Shown here: positions 47,492-57,590 of the stretch, in pieces
How the letters are laid out: each line of letters begins with the position of its first letter
Position numbering within the stretch: position 1 is the first letter of the stretch
Notes under the pieces: generated by a model
Told to the model about the DNA's origin: nothing
Databases searched by the model: none
What the model saw: only the letters and a program-made list of their open reading frames with translations
Translations under genes and position numbers: made by a program
Source of the DNA: Opitutia bacterium
Lineage (GTDB): Bacteria; Verrucomicrobiota; Verrucomicrobiia; Opitutales; T3Sed10-336
NCBI GenBank assembly: GCA_050506795.1
Contig: JBJHCF010000003.1
Span: forward strand, 143,477-207,476
Direction of reading: 5' to 3'
Length of the DNA: 64,000 bases

Positions 47492-48322
47492 ATGATGAAG
47501 TTGCGTGCCCTTTGCCTTGCCTCCCTTTTTGCTTTCTATGGCCTCGTGTACGGTCAGGAGTATGAAGGGGTCAATCTGATCGAGCCCAGCATTCTGGCGG
47601 ACAGCGAAACTCTGGTGCCCGGCCAGCCGGTGACGGTCGCCATTCGGCTTTCCATTGCCGATGGATGGCATACCTACTGGGAGAACCCCGGTGATTCCGG
47701 CATACCGGCTCGTGTCGTTTGGGACGTTCCGGAAGGGATTCGTGTCGGTCCCATGCAGTGGCCGGTGCCGCAGCGCCTGGTTGAGCCAGGAAATTTGCAG
47801 GTCTACGCCTTTAAGGACGAAGTGGTTCTCCTTGCGCGCCTGTTTGTGGCTCCCGGGCTGGATCTGGACGAGGTCACCCTCAAGGCTTCGGCCGATTGGT
47901 TGGTCTGTCGTGAAAGCTGCATTCCCGGCGAGGCTGAACTCAGCTTGACTCTTCCGGTGGCCGATGAACTCGTGCCGGTGAACCGCGAACGCTTTGCCGA
48001 ATACCGGCAGCGGTTACCGCGAAGGCTGGCGCTCGACCCGGAGAACGGATTGAGAACAGATTGGAAGAGAGACGGAAACACGTTGTACCTGCTTCTGGCC
48101 GAGGTTCCTGAAGGATCAAAACTGGAGTTTTTTCCCTTGCCCGACGCGGGAGTGCTCACCGGGCACTCCAATCCGGTGGAATCGTGGTCGGGAGAGGCAT
48201 CGTTCGAGCCGGATCAGGTGCTGTCCATTCCGCTGGAAGCGAGCCCGGCCGGGCTTGAGCGATTGCGCGGCGTGCTGGTGGTTTCAGGGGAAGACGGGGA
48301 GTCAACGGGCTGGCTTTTCTAG
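47492..48322 (+). CDS. DsbD N-terminal-domain protein
   Basis: GWHTYWENPGDSG and WLVCRESCIP motifs; signal peptide. Confidence 0.85.
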   Translation: MMKLRALCLASLFAFYGLVYGQEYEGVNLIEPSILADSETLVPGQPVTVAIRLSIADGWHTYWENPGDSGIPARVVWDVPEGIRVGPMQWPVPQRLVEPGNLQVYAFKDEVVLLARLFVAPGLDLDEVTLKASADWLVCRESCIPGEAELSLTLPVADELVPVNRERFAEYRQRLPRRLALDPENGLRTDWKRDGNTLYLLLAEVPEGSKLEFFPLPDAGVLTGHSNPVESWSGEASFEPDQVLSIPLEASPAGLERLRGVLVVSGEDGESTGWLF

Positions 48323-48418
48323 ATATTTTCGCGCGATAAGTGCAACAAATGTCGCCTCTGCGTGTTTAATAAGTGGCGTGAGATTTATTAATACTGAAAA
48401 CGAAAAACTGAAGACACT

Positions 48419-49030
48419 ATGAAAAAACTGACTGCCTTATTCGCCTCCCTGGCCATCACCTTTACCGCGTCCGCCACTTTGAGCGGCGCTGAAATCGGAG
48501 AGCCGGCTCCCGATTTCACCTTGAAATGTTCCAACGGTAACGACGTCTCTCTTTCGGATTTCGAAGGCAAGTTCGTGGTCCTGGAATGGGTCAACCACGG
48601 TTGCCCGTTTGTTAGGAAGTTCTACCAGGTAGGCGAAATGCAGCGCCTGCAAAAGGAGTACACCGATCAAGGTGTGATCTGGCTGACCATGAACTCTTCC
48701 GCGCCCGGACTGCAGGGGCACATGACCGCCGAGCAGGCGAATCAGAGCATTGTGGACCTGGAAGCCCATCCCACGGCCATATTGCTCGATCATGACGGCG
48801 TCGTTGGCAAATCGTACGATGCCAGGGTGACTCCTCATATGTACGTCATCAATCCGGACGGGGTACTCATCTACAACGGAGCGATCGACAGCAATTCATC
48901 CAGCCGGTCGGAGGACATCGCGGACGCTGAAAACTATGTTGTATCGGCATTGACCGCTGCCATGAACGGGGAAGAAGTGGCGACGCCGCGGACCCGCCCC
49001 TATGGCTGTTCCATGAAATACGCGAACTGA
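48419..49030 (+). CDS. Exported thioredoxin-like/AhpC-TSA redoxin
   Basis: APDFTL, EWVNHGCPFV, TPHMYV and YGCS motifs. Confidence 0.88.
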   Translation: MKKLTALFASLAITFTASATLSGAEIGEPAPDFTLKCSNGNDVSLSDFEGKFVVLEWVNHGCPFVRKFYQVGEMQRLQKEYTDQGVIWLTMNSSAPGLQGHMTAEQANQSIVDLEAHPTAILLDHDGVVGKSYDARVTPHMYVINPDGVLIYNGAIDSNSSSRSEDIADAENYVVSALTAAMNGEEVATPRTRPYGCSMKYAN

Positions 49031-49053
49031 GTCGGAACGATTTATTTTTTGGT

Positions 49054-49087
49054 AGTTCCGCCGGCAACCGCCGGCGGAACTTTTTTT
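49054..49087 (+). terminator. Intrinsic terminator
   Basis: AGTTCCGCCGGC-AACC-GCCGGCGGAACT followed by a T-run. Confidence 0.8.
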
Positions 49088-49132
49088 GTGCCCGGCATTG
49101 CCATTCCGAAGGTGAACGGGGACTTTGGCAGG

Positions 49133-49609
49133 GTGACTGACCGACCCTACAGGCGGCATCTGATTATCGATGGGTACAACGTAATCCATCAATGGCCGGA
49201 ACTGAAACCTCATCTCCAGGGCGGAGGTGCGGTGGCTCGGGAACGCCTCACCGAGGCGGTGCGTGTCATTCACGATGTCGACGCGGTGCGAGTCACCCTG
49301 ATGTTCGACGGCAAGGGGCACAATATCGAGGTCGAACGACCGGGTGAAGATTTGACTTTTTCCGTGGTTTTTTCGCCGGCGGGCATGTCAGCCGACGCGG
49401 TGATCGAACGCATGGTCGAAGTGGCGGAGAATCGGGACTCAATCCATGTCGTCACCCGGGACAACCTCGAACGCGAAACCGTACAGGCGTTGGGGGCTTT
49501 TGCATTGGATCCGGAGGGGTTGCGTGACTGGATCGCGCGCTGCCAACAAAAACTCGCGCGGGACTTGGGTCGGCGCCAATCCCTGGTGGAACGCAAATGG
49601 AGGAAATAA
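49133..49609 (+). CDS. NYN domain (YacP-like) ribonuclease
   Basis: LIIDGYNVI, FDG, SADAVIE and VVTRD motifs. Start uncertain. Confidence 0.85.
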   Translation: MTDRPYRRHLIIDGYNVIHQWPELKPHLQGGGAVARERLTEAVRVIHDVDAVRVTLMFDGKGHNIEVERPGEDLTFSVVFSPAGMSADAVIERMVEVAENRDSIHVVTRDNLERETVQALGAFALDPEGLRDWIARCQQKLARDLGRRQSLVERKWRK

Positions 49610-49652
49610 TATTGCTCCGGTCCCCGGTTGCGCTTATTCGTTTGCCATTGCC

Positions 49653-50861
49653 ATGACTGCACCCGAAGTCGCGGAATTTCAAGGACTCTACGGCCCCTAC
49701 ACGGTATCCGAACTCTTGTTGCAAAAGATTTGGGCCCGGGGGTTGTTCCAGCAGGATGGGTTGACCACCGCGGATGGGCAAAGTCTGGTTATCCGGCATC
49801 CGGGGGAGTGGAATCGACTGGGAGGTCCGGATTTTCGGCGTGCGTTGCTAATGTTGGATGGCCAACCGCTGTGCGGAGATGTCGAGGTGCATTTTCGTCA
49901 GGCGGATTGGCGCCGGCACGGGCACGATACCGACGATGGCTATAACGACGTTGTGTTGCATGTGGTGCTCTTTCCTCCGGCCCCGGGCGATTTGCCCGCC
50001 CGCAGTTCCCGCGGCAAATCCTTGCCCTGCTTCGCACTGCTGGACCGTCTGCATCACGATCTGGAGGAATACGCCATGGACGATGCCCTTTCCGGGGAAC
50101 TGGAGCCTCGGCGGGATCGGTTAATGGAACGTCTGCTGGCCATTCCGCTTGATGAAAGGCGGGAACGTCTGCTCGGGCAGGCGTGGAAACGTTGGGAACA
50201 AAAGGTTTGCTTCGCCGATGTCCGGCTCAAGGCGCTCGGCTGGAAGGATGCCTGTCATCACACCGCCCTGGAATGCCTCGGTTACCGGGTAAACCGCGGG
50301 CCGATGTTGTCCCTGGCCGCCCGCTTTCCTCTGGAACAGATGGCCGAACGACGGCCCCGGCCGGAAGCCCTGGTCGGAGCCGTGCCGGACACCTGGACGC
50401 GCGATGGGTTGCGGCCGGCCAACCATCCGGTGGTGAGAATTCGCCAATACCTCGTTTGGGCGAAGAAGCGACCCGATTGGCCGGACCGTCTGCGGAGCGA
50501 AATTTCATCATGGCCTCGCTCTGGCGCCGAGCCCCGTCGCCCCGGCGAGCTGTTGAGCCTGGCCGGTTCTTTTCGTCGTGATTACGAACTTCCCGCCCGC
50601 CACCGGCGCCTGGAGGAGTATGTGGCGGCCGGTTCCGTCCCGGGCAGCCGATTCGCCACCATTGTCTGTGACGGATTTCTTCCCCTGGCCGCGGCCGCGG
50701 GGGAGCGGGGGCTCTTTCCCTATTGGTTCTACTGGTATCCGGGCGATGCTCCTGAATTGGTTCGGGAGGTCATCAAAACGGCCGAGATAACGGATGGCCG
50801 TTCACTGTCGGCCGCCAACGGCTGGATTCAGGGAGTCCTGTTTTCTTTGCTGGACCGGTGA
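49653..50861 (+). CDS. DUF2851 family protein
   Basis: ELLLQKIW, PGEWN..GGPDF, GDVEVH, HGHD.D..Y..VVLHVV and RPANHP motifs. Confidence 0.82.
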   Translation: MTAPEVAEFQGLYGPYTVSELLLQKIWARGLFQQDGLTTADGQSLVIRHPGEWNRLGGPDFRRALLMLDGQPLCGDVEVHFRQADWRRHGHDTDDGYNDVVLHVVLFPPAPGDLPARSSRGKSLPCFALLDRLHHDLEEYAMDDALSGELEPRRDRLMERLLAIPLDERRERLLGQAWKRWEQKVCFADVRLKALGWKDACHHTALECLGYRVNRGPMLSLAARFPLEQMAERRPRPEALVGAVPDTWTRDGLRPANHPVVRIRQYLVWAKKRPDWPDRLRSEISSWPRSGAEPRRPGELLSLAGSFRRDYELPARHRRLEEYVAAGSVPGSRFATIVCDGFLPLAAAAGERGLFPYWFYWYPGDAPELVREVIKTAEITDGRSLSAANGWIQGVLFSLLDR

Positions 50862-50907
50862 ACGGGTTTTCAAATCTCAAATTTAAAATTATTCTCCAGG
50901 AGGGCCT

Positions 50908-51657
50908 TCAATCGATTTTGGTCGCCTGGTGCAGGGTCACGATGCTGCCGGTCATGGGCCGCACCCGAACATCCTGAAAGCCTGCCTCTTCAATTTCCCG
51001 GGTGATGCTTTCCTTGGACGGAAACCCTTCGATCGAGGTATTGAGATAACGGTAGGCGGAGACGTCGCCGCTGATTCGGCCGGCGAGTTGGGGAAGGATG
51101 TGCCGTAGATACGGGAAGTAAAACGGTCGAATCCACCGGGCGGGCTGGGTGAATTCCAGTATGAAGAGGTGTCCGCCCTTTTTCAGGATGCGCCGCATCT
51201 CCCCGAGGCCGCAGGCACGGTCGGCCAGGTTTCTGAGGCCAAAAGAAATGGTGACGGCGTCGGCGTGATCGTCCGGCAAGGGCAAGTCGAGAATGTCTCC
51301 AAATCCGAACGAAAGATTCTGGACGGCTTTTCCCGCGGCGGCCTTTTTCTCTTCCGCTTTGTCCAGCATGGGCCGGCAGAAATCGAGACCGATGATCTCG
51401 GCCTCGCCCGGCAGCGCGCGGCGCAGGGCGAAGGCGACGTCGCCGCTGCCAGTCGCCAGGTCGACGGCGATGGAAGGGGAGGCGGCTTTCACCGCGCGCA
51501 CCAAAGCACGCCGCCAGCGGATATCGATTCCACCGGTCAGGAGATGGTTAACCAGATCGTAACGCCCGGCTATCCGGCCGAACATGGCGCTTACCGCTTC
51601 CGGGTCGGGAGCGGAACGCGCCGCGATTTCGTCATCCTGAGAATGGGGGTCGCTCAT
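50908..51657 (-). CDS. ubiE: UbiE/MenG quinone C-methyltransferase
   Basis: MFGRIAGRYDLVN, DLATGSGD, ISFGLRN and LEF motifs. Confidence 0.92.
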   Translation of the reverse strand: MSDPHSQDDEIAARSAPDPEAVSAMFGRIAGRYDLVNHLLTGGIDIRWRRALVRAVKAASPSIAVDLATGSGDVAFALRRALPGEAEIIGLDFCRPMLDKAEEKKAAAGKAVQNLSFGFGDILDLPLPDDHADAVTISFGLRNLADRACGLGEMRRILKKGGHLFILEFTQPARWIRPFYFPYLRHILPQLAGRISGDVSAYRYLNTSIEGFPSKESITREIEEAGFQDVRVRPMTGSIVTLHQATKID

Positions 51658-51691
51658 CTCCCGCAGGACTTCTCGGGTTGTCCGGCCGTTC

Positions 51692-53305
51692 TCATTCCGC
51701 GGACTGATCCGGTTTGGCGTTTCCGGAATGCCGGTAGCTTTGCAGGACCCACTGAGACAGTTCACGGTCTGGATTGCGCGCGGCTTCGGCGTTGATGGTG
51801 AAACGCGTCTGGCCGGTATTGCGGGCGATCAGCTTGAGACCGTGTTGAAAATCACGAAACCGGTCCTCGCAGAGAGTGCGCACGGTCTTGTCAGCCTGGA
51901 GGCTCTCTTCGACCAGGACGTCAAGGGCGTCCTCATCGAATTCCAACTCCATGCCGTGTTTCTGCAAAAAGCGTTCACCGAATCGCCGAACCTCGTCGCG
52001 GAGCAGATTCCGCTGGGAGGATTCGTTTCCCTGCAGGAGTTGTTTCAGGCCGCCGGCCGGATCGCTGACCGTGTCGGCGTCGATGACCACCTTTTTGATG
52101 GAAGTCGATGGCAACTCGTATTTGTGATTGCGAAAGATCTTTTCCAGGACCGTCATCAATCCCCGGGCGCCCGTTTTTTCGCTGTCGGCCCGGGCCGCGA
52201 TTTCCTTGATGGCGGCGGGGGTGATCTCGCATTCGATGCCGAAGCCGCGGAAATCGGTTTTGTACTGCTCGAGGATGCTGCCCTCGGACTGAAGCAGAAT
52301 CTGCTCCAGGTCGGATTGGCTGAGCGGCGAACAGGCGATCCTTACCGGCAGCCGTCCGATGAACTCCGGCTCGAAACCGTAGTCGATAAAGTCCGTGGTG
52401 CTGGCTTCCGACAGGTATTCCGCCGGGACGCGTTCGGTGGAACCGCCGGGTTGGGCGAATCCGATACGGCCGCTTTCAACCCGTTTCTTGATGTTTTCCC
52501 CCAGCGTGCCGAAGGCGCCGCTGACGATAAAAAGGATGTGTCGGGTGTTGATGGTCCTTCGGCTCACCTTGCCGCCGCGCTGCATCTCCATCATGGCCTG
52601 CATCTGCCCCATGATGTCCGTCTGGCTGTTGCGGTTGACCTCGCTCTCCTCCATCAGTTTGAGCAGATTGATCTGCACCCCTCGCCCTGAAACATCACGA
52701 CCTCCGGCGGTATTTTGTCCCGCGATCTTGTCGATTTCATCAATATATATGATTCCGTATTCGGCGAGGTCCACGTTGCCCTCGGCCGCTTTAACCAGAT
52801 CCCGGACCAGGTCTTCGACGTCGTGTCCGACGTATCCCGTTTCGGAGAATTTGGTGGCGTCGGCTTTAACGAAGGGCACTCCGATGAGTCGCGCGATACA
52901 ACGCATCAGGTAGGTTTTACCGACTCCGGTCGGCCCCAGCAGCAGGATGTTTTGTTTGGCGTATTCCTTCTTACCCAGGGCGGGATTCTCCAGGCACTGG
53001 CGCACGTGGTTGTAGTGGTCACAAATGGCGACCGAAAGGACCTTTTTCGCCTCGTTTTGCTGGATGACGAAACGATCGAGGTATTCCTTGATTTCACGGG
53101 GTTTACGATTGAAATCGCGGATCCGGCGCAGGATTTCCTCCTGTCGCTTGTCTTCGTCTTCGTCGCCGCTATCCTGGGGCTTGGCTTCGGTGCTCTTTAC
53201 GCCCGCGCCAGGCGAGAAAAAGGGATTCATGTTCTGGTTGCGCAACATCTCCTGAAGTTGCTTTTGCATTTCCTCGAAAGGATTCTTGTCGTCTTTGTCG
53301 CTCAT
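51692..53305 (-). CDS. ClpX-like AAA+ ATPase lacking the N-terminal zinc-binding domain
   Basis: GPTGVGKT, GYVG.DVE, IDEIDKI, RDVSG.GVQ, IGF loop and GARGL motifs. Confidence 0.88.
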   Translation of the reverse strand: MSDKDDKNPFEEMQKQLQEMLRNQNMNPFFSPGAGVKSTEAKPQDSGDEDEDKRQEEILRRIRDFNRKPREIKEYLDRFVIQQNEAKKVLSVAICDHYNHVRQCLENPALGKKEYAKQNILLLGPTGVGKTYLMRCIARLIGVPFVKADATKFSETGYVGHDVEDLVRDLVKAAEGNVDLAEYGIIYIDEIDKIAGQNTAGGRDVSGRGVQINLLKLMEESEVNRNSQTDIMGQMQAMMEMQRGGKVSRRTINTRHILFIVSGAFGTLGENIKKRVESGRIGFAQPGGSTERVPAEYLSEASTTDFIDYGFEPEFIGRLPVRIACSPLSQSDLEQILLQSEGSILEQYKTDFRGFGIECEITPAAIKEIAARADSEKTGARGLMTVLEKIFRNHKYELPSTSIKKVVIDADTVSDPAGGLKQLLQGNESSQRNLLRDEVRRFGERFLQKHGMELEFDEDALDVLVEESLQADKTVRTLCEDRFRDFQHGLKLIARNTGQTRFTINAEAARNPDRELSQWVLQSYRHSGNAKPDQSAE

Positions 53306-53422
53306 AAATCGGTTTCACAAATTCATGCTTTGATATTGACGCAATTTCAAGAACATGAGATGTTTATCTATAAATCCTGCAAAGTAGCGTCAATCTATTC
53401 TCAATTTTATCGAGGAATTAGC

Positions 53423-53737
53423 ATGGCTGAGAATCTAACCAAACGCGACATCGTTCTAAAGATCTACCAGAAAACCGGGCACTCGCAAAAAGTGGTCCGG
53501 GACACCGTCCAAATGACTCTGGACACCATCGCTGACGCGTTGAGTGAGGGGCGGAATGTGGAACTCCGCAATTTCGGAGTTTTCGAAGTGCAGAAGCGCA
53601 AAGCACGTGTGGGTCGCAATCCGAACAAGCCTGACAAGGATGTGATCATTCCGACCCGCGCGGTTGTCAAGTTCAAGGCCGGTAAGGTACTCAAGGCCAG
53701 GCTGAAAAGCATTGACTTGAAGCGTCTGCAACACTGA
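53423..53737 (+). CDS. HU/IHF family DNA-binding protein
   Basis: LTKRDIV...VELRNFGVF...GRNP...VKFKAGK. Confidence 0.93.
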   Translation: MAENLTKRDIVLKIYQKTGHSQKVVRDTVQMTLDTIADALSEGRNVELRNFGVFEVQKRKARVGRNPNKPDKDVIIPTRAVVKFKAGKVLKARLKSIDLKRLQH

Positions 53738-53749
53738 TCGCCCGACCCG

Positions 53750-55066
53750 ATGTTTGAGCGGTTGCCTGGTTTTCGGGATTTTTATCCCGAGGAATGTGCT
53801 GTGCGTAATCACATTTTCCGGAGCTGGCGCGCCAGCGCGCGGCGCTTCGGTTTTTCTGAGTATGACGCCCCGGCCCTGGAAGCGTTGGATTTGTTCCGCG
53901 CCAAATCGGGGGATGAGATTGTTGAACAGCTATTCAGTTTTACCGATCGCGGCGGACGCGAAGTGGCGCTGCGTCCCGAAATGACTCCGAGCCTGGCCCG
54001 CCTCGCCGGCGCGCGCGCGAACTCGCTCAGAAAACCGGTCAAGTGGTTCAGTATCGGTGAACAGTTCCGTTACGAGAGGCAACAACGGGGGCGCCTCCGG
54101 TCGTTTTACCAGTTCAACGCCGATCTGCTGGGCGAACCGGGGCCGGAGGCCGAAATCGAACTGATCGCCCTCCTGATTCAGACCCTGTCCGCGTTCGGTT
54201 TGAAGGAAGAGGATTTTGTCGTTCGTTTGAGCGACCGGGATTTGTGGGTCGATTACCTGCGCGGATTCGGGCTGGACGACGAACGTTGTGCCCAGGTTTT
54301 GTCCATTATCGACAAGGTTGGGCGCGAACCGGAAGAAAAGACGCTGGAAAAGCTGGAGGCCTTTTTTGATACCGAGGCCAACACCTTTTTCGCCGGGATT
54401 TCCCGGCTCAGGGAAATTGTTTCCCTGGAGGAATTGGAGGATTTCTTTGCCGCTCGGGCGAGCGGTCATGCCTCGGCGCCGCGGATCGCGGAAAGACTGG
54501 CCCATTGGAGAGTGCTTCTGGCCGGCATCGAGGCCATGGGCCTGGGTGGCTTTGTCCGAATCGATCTCAGTATCGTGCGGGGCCTGGCCTACTACACCGG
54601 ATTTGTCTTTGAGGCCTTTGACCGGCAAGGACGATTCAGGGCTTTGGCCGGAGGGGGGCGGTACGATCACCTCATCGAAAAACTCGGCGGACCGGCCATG
54701 GCCGCGACCGGTTTCGCCGTCGGCGATGTGACCCTTTGGGAATATTTGCAGGACCGGAAACTTTTGCCCTCCTACGTCGATGCACCGGACGTTTTTGTGG
54801 TGGTCGGCGGTGAAGGCGAGCGCCGGGCGGCTTTCGCCGATATCAGCCGTTTGCGCGCGGCCGGGTTTCGAGTGGAATATTCCCTGAAGCAGGTCGCGTT
54901 TGGAAAGCAGTTTAAGCTGGCCGGTTCGAGCGGCGCCCGTTTTGCGCTGATCTACGGATCCGAAGAACTCGCCTCCGGCACAGTCAAGGTCCGCAATCTG
55001 CACGACCGCACCGAACAAAACGTCCCGCCCCCGCAACTGGTCGATTATCTGGGGAATTCGTTCTGA
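53750..55066 (+). CDS. hisS: Histidine--tRNA ligase
   Basis: LRPEMT, FRYER, RGLAYYTG, GGGRYD and a C-terminal anticodon-binding domain. Confidence 0.96.
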   Translation: MFERLPGFRDFYPEECAVRNHIFRSWRASARRFGFSEYDAPALEALDLFRAKSGDEIVEQLFSFTDRGGREVALRPEMTPSLARLAGARANSLRKPVKWFSIGEQFRYERQQRGRLRSFYQFNADLLGEPGPEAEIELIALLIQTLSAFGLKEEDFVVRLSDRDLWVDYLRGFGLDDERCAQVLSIIDKVGREPEEKTLEKLEAFFDTEANTFFAGISRLREIVSLEELEDFFAARASGHASAPRIAERLAHWRVLLAGIEAMGLGGFVRIDLSIVRGLAYYTGFVFEAFDRQGRFRALAGGGRYDHLIEKLGGPAMAATGFAVGDVTLWEYLQDRKLLPSYVDAPDVFVVVGGEGERRAAFADISRLRAAGFRVEYSLKQVAFGKQFKLAGSSGARFALIYGSEELASGTVKVRNLHDRTEQNVPPPQLVDYLGNSF

Positions 55067-55308
55067 GACGGAACAACTGCGGGATACCCGAACCGTCACG
55101 ATTTGGGCGCCTTCCCCGGAGATTCACATCAATCGCCGCCGCCTGATCAGGTTCGGGGATTCCGATTGCGAAACGGATCCCGGAGAACGTGACAACTCCG
55201 GGAGCGTAATTCCGCGGTTGTCCGCAGCTTGCGGGACCTTTTCAATTCTACCGTTGCCATTTCCCGGGCTGGCTGTATGCGTGGTTCTTTTACCAGAGAC
55301 GTAACACA

Positions 55309-56898
55309 ATGAAAGTACTAGTAGCCGATAAGATCGCGCCAAGTGGAGTTGAATTCCTGCGTAAGCAGGAGAATATCGAGGTGGTCGAAGCCTACGGATC
55401 CTCTCCGGAAAAGATTCTCGAACTGGTGAAGGACGTCGACGCCATCATCGTCCGCAGTGAGACCAAGATCACCCGCGAGGTGATGGAAGCCGCACCCAGC
55501 CTGAAGGCCGTCGGGCGGGCCGGGGTGGGTGTTGACAACATCGATGTGGACGCCGCCACCAATCGCGGGGTGATCGTCATGAACACCCCGGGCGGCAATA
55601 CCGTGGCCACTGCGGAATTGACCTTTACCCATCTCCTGTGCGGCGCTCGTCCCGTGGCGCAGGCCGCGGAATCGATGCGTGCGGGAAAATGGGACCGCAA
55701 GGCGTTTTCCGGAACCGAGCTCTTTCGTAAAACTTTGGGTATCTGCGGCCTTGGACGCATTGGCAGCGAGGTGGCTCGTCGCGCGCAGGCGTTTGGCATG
55801 CGGGTTTTGGCCTACGATCCCTACCTCGCAGCCAGCCGCGCCAAAGCGATGGATGTGGAGGCGGTTGAACTGGAGACCATTTTCCGGGAATCCGACTATA
55901 TCACGGTCCATATGCCCAAAACCGAGCGTACCGCCAATATGATCGACCGCGAGGCGTTCGAGAAGATGAAGGACGGCGTTCATATCGTAAACTGCGCCCG
56001 CGGGGGATTGATCAACGAGAGCGATCTCCTGGAGGCGCTCAAATCGGGGAAAGTTGCTTCGGTCGGGCTCGACGTTTACGAAGCCGAACCCCTGGCCGCC
56101 GACAGCGAATTCCGCAAACTGCCCAACGCCGTGCTCACGCCCCACCTCGGAGCGTCGACCAAAGAGGCGCAGGAAAATGTGGGCGTCGAGGTGGCGGAAG
56201 CGATCCTCGAGGCCCTTGCGGGCGGGGTGATCATGAACGCGGTCAACATGCCTTCGGTCGACAAGAAAACGCTCCAGGCCCTCAGTCCCTACCTGGAACT
56301 GGCGGCCAAACTGGGCACCGTCGTGCAGCAGATTTCGCCCGAGTCCATCGAAAAGCTTAAAGTCACCTATTGGGGCAAACTGGTCGACCTCGACGCCAAT
56401 CCGGTCACGCGCAGCGTCATGTACGGTTACCTGCAGGGCATCAGCGGTGAAAACGTCAATCACGTCAACGCCCCCGTCCTGATCAAAGGTCTGGGAATCG
56501 AGGTGGATGTCACCAAATCCAACGTCGAAAGCGACTACACCGAACTGGTGCAGGTCGAGGCTCTGACCGCCGACGGAAATAAGTTCAGCGTTTCCGGCAC
56601 CCTGATCGGCAAGAACCACCGGCCCCGCGTCGTGGAGATCAACGAACGGGCGGTGGAGGCCAATCCGGAGGGAATGCTGCTGATCCTGGAGAACCAGGAC
56701 GTTCCCGGTATGGTCGGCACGCTCGGTCAGATTCTGGGCCGGGAGAGTGTGAACATCGCCGCCATGTCCCTCAGCCGCAACGAAGTGGGAGGGCGCGCCC
56801 TCACGGTTCTGGCGCTCGACAGCGAGCCGGGCAAGGCGGCACTCGACGAGATCAGCGCTCATTCGGCGATCAGCAATGTAATGCTGGTCCGCACCTGA
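55309..56898 (+). CDS. serA: D-3-phosphoglycerate dehydrogenase
   Basis: GRAGVGVDN, GLGRIG, NCARGG, TPHLGAST and an ACT domain. Confidence 0.97.
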   Translation: MKVLVADKIAPSGVEFLRKQENIEVVEAYGSSPEKILELVKDVDAIIVRSETKITREVMEAAPSLKAVGRAGVGVDNIDVDAATNRGVIVMNTPGGNTVATAELTFTHLLCGARPVAQAAESMRAGKWDRKAFSGTELFRKTLGICGLGRIGSEVARRAQAFGMRVLAYDPYLAASRAKAMDVEAVELETIFRESDYITVHMPKTERTANMIDREAFEKMKDGVHIVNCARGGLINESDLLEALKSGKVASVGLDVYEAEPLAADSEFRKLPNAVLTPHLGASTKEAQENVGVEVAEAILEALAGGVIMNAVNMPSVDKKTLQALSPYLELAAKLGTVVQQISPESIEKLKVTYWGKLVDLDANPVTRSVMYGYLQGISGENVNHVNAPVLIKGLGIEVDVTKSNVESDYTELVQVEALTADGNKFSVSGTLIGKNHRPRVVEINERAVEANPEGMLLILENQDVPGMVGTLGQILGRESVNIAAMSLSRNEVGGRALTVLALDSEPGKAALDEISAHSAISNVMLVRT

Positions 56899-56927
56899 TG
56901 GGCGGCTCCGGGTAGAAAGCCTTTCAC

Positions 56928-57590
56928 ATGTCTTCCCTTTTCTGGGTTCTTTGCTCCGTGGTGATCGGCTACGTTTGCGGCGCCATCCCGTTCGCGTGGT
57001 TGATCGCGCGCCATTACGGCGTCGATATCCTTAAGGTGGGCAGCGGAAATCCCGGGGCCACCAACGTCCGGCGCACCGTAGGCAAGGGTGCCGGGAATGC
57101 GGTGTTTGTCCTGGATTTCCTCAAAGGGCTGGTGGCCGCCGGCTGGCCTTTGATGTTGGTCAACGACGAGAATTCCGCCGTCTACGCCGCCATTGGCGGC
57201 CTGGCCGGTGCGGTCGCCGGGCACAGTTACTCGGTGTTTCTCCATTTTCGTGGTGGAAAGGGAGTTGCGACCTCTATGGGAGGTCTGGCCGCGATTCTGT
57301 TTCCGGCGGTGGTGATCGGAATTGGGATATGGCTGATCACGTATTACAGTTTCCGGTACGTTTCGCTGGCGTCACTTCTGTTCGCTTTCAGCCTGCCGGT
57401 TTCGGTGGGCCTGATCGCCCCGGAGCCGCGGGTTCCTTTGTTCGTTTTCAGCGTGGTGATCGCGGCGCTGATTTTTTATCGCCACCGGAGCAACATTAAA
57501 CAATTGCTGGACGGATCGGAGCATCAGTTCGGCCGGAATACCTCGCAGCAAGTGGCTGAAAGCAACCGGAAAAACAATGGCAAAGGATAA
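56928..57590 (+). CDS. plsY: Glycerol-3-phosphate acyltransferase
   Basis: GSGNPGATN, GGKGVAT and HRSNI motifs. Confidence 0.96.
   Translation: MSSLFWVLCSVVIGYVCGAIPFAWLIARHYGVDILKVGSGNPGATNVRRTVGKGAGNAVFVLDFLKGLVAAGWPLMLVNDENSAVYAAIGGLAGAVAGHSYSVFLHFRGGKGVATSMGGLAAILFPAVVIGIGIWLITYYSFRYVSLASLLFAFSLPVSVGLIAPEPRVPLFVFSVVIAALIFYRHRSNIKQLLDGSEHQFGRNTSQQVAESNRKNNGKG

Noticed and set aside
55067..55308. Hairpin-containing region upstream of serA, as a possible riboswitch
   Set aside because: A TCCCGGAG/CTCCGGGA stem is present, but I recognise no riboswitch consensus. An Rfam search would be needed.
26752..56862. Long antisense ORFs (e.g. 26752-28389, 37146-38498, 45644-47344, 55318-56862)
   Set aside because: Shadow frames of well-supported GC-rich genes on the opposite strand, with no motifs of their own.
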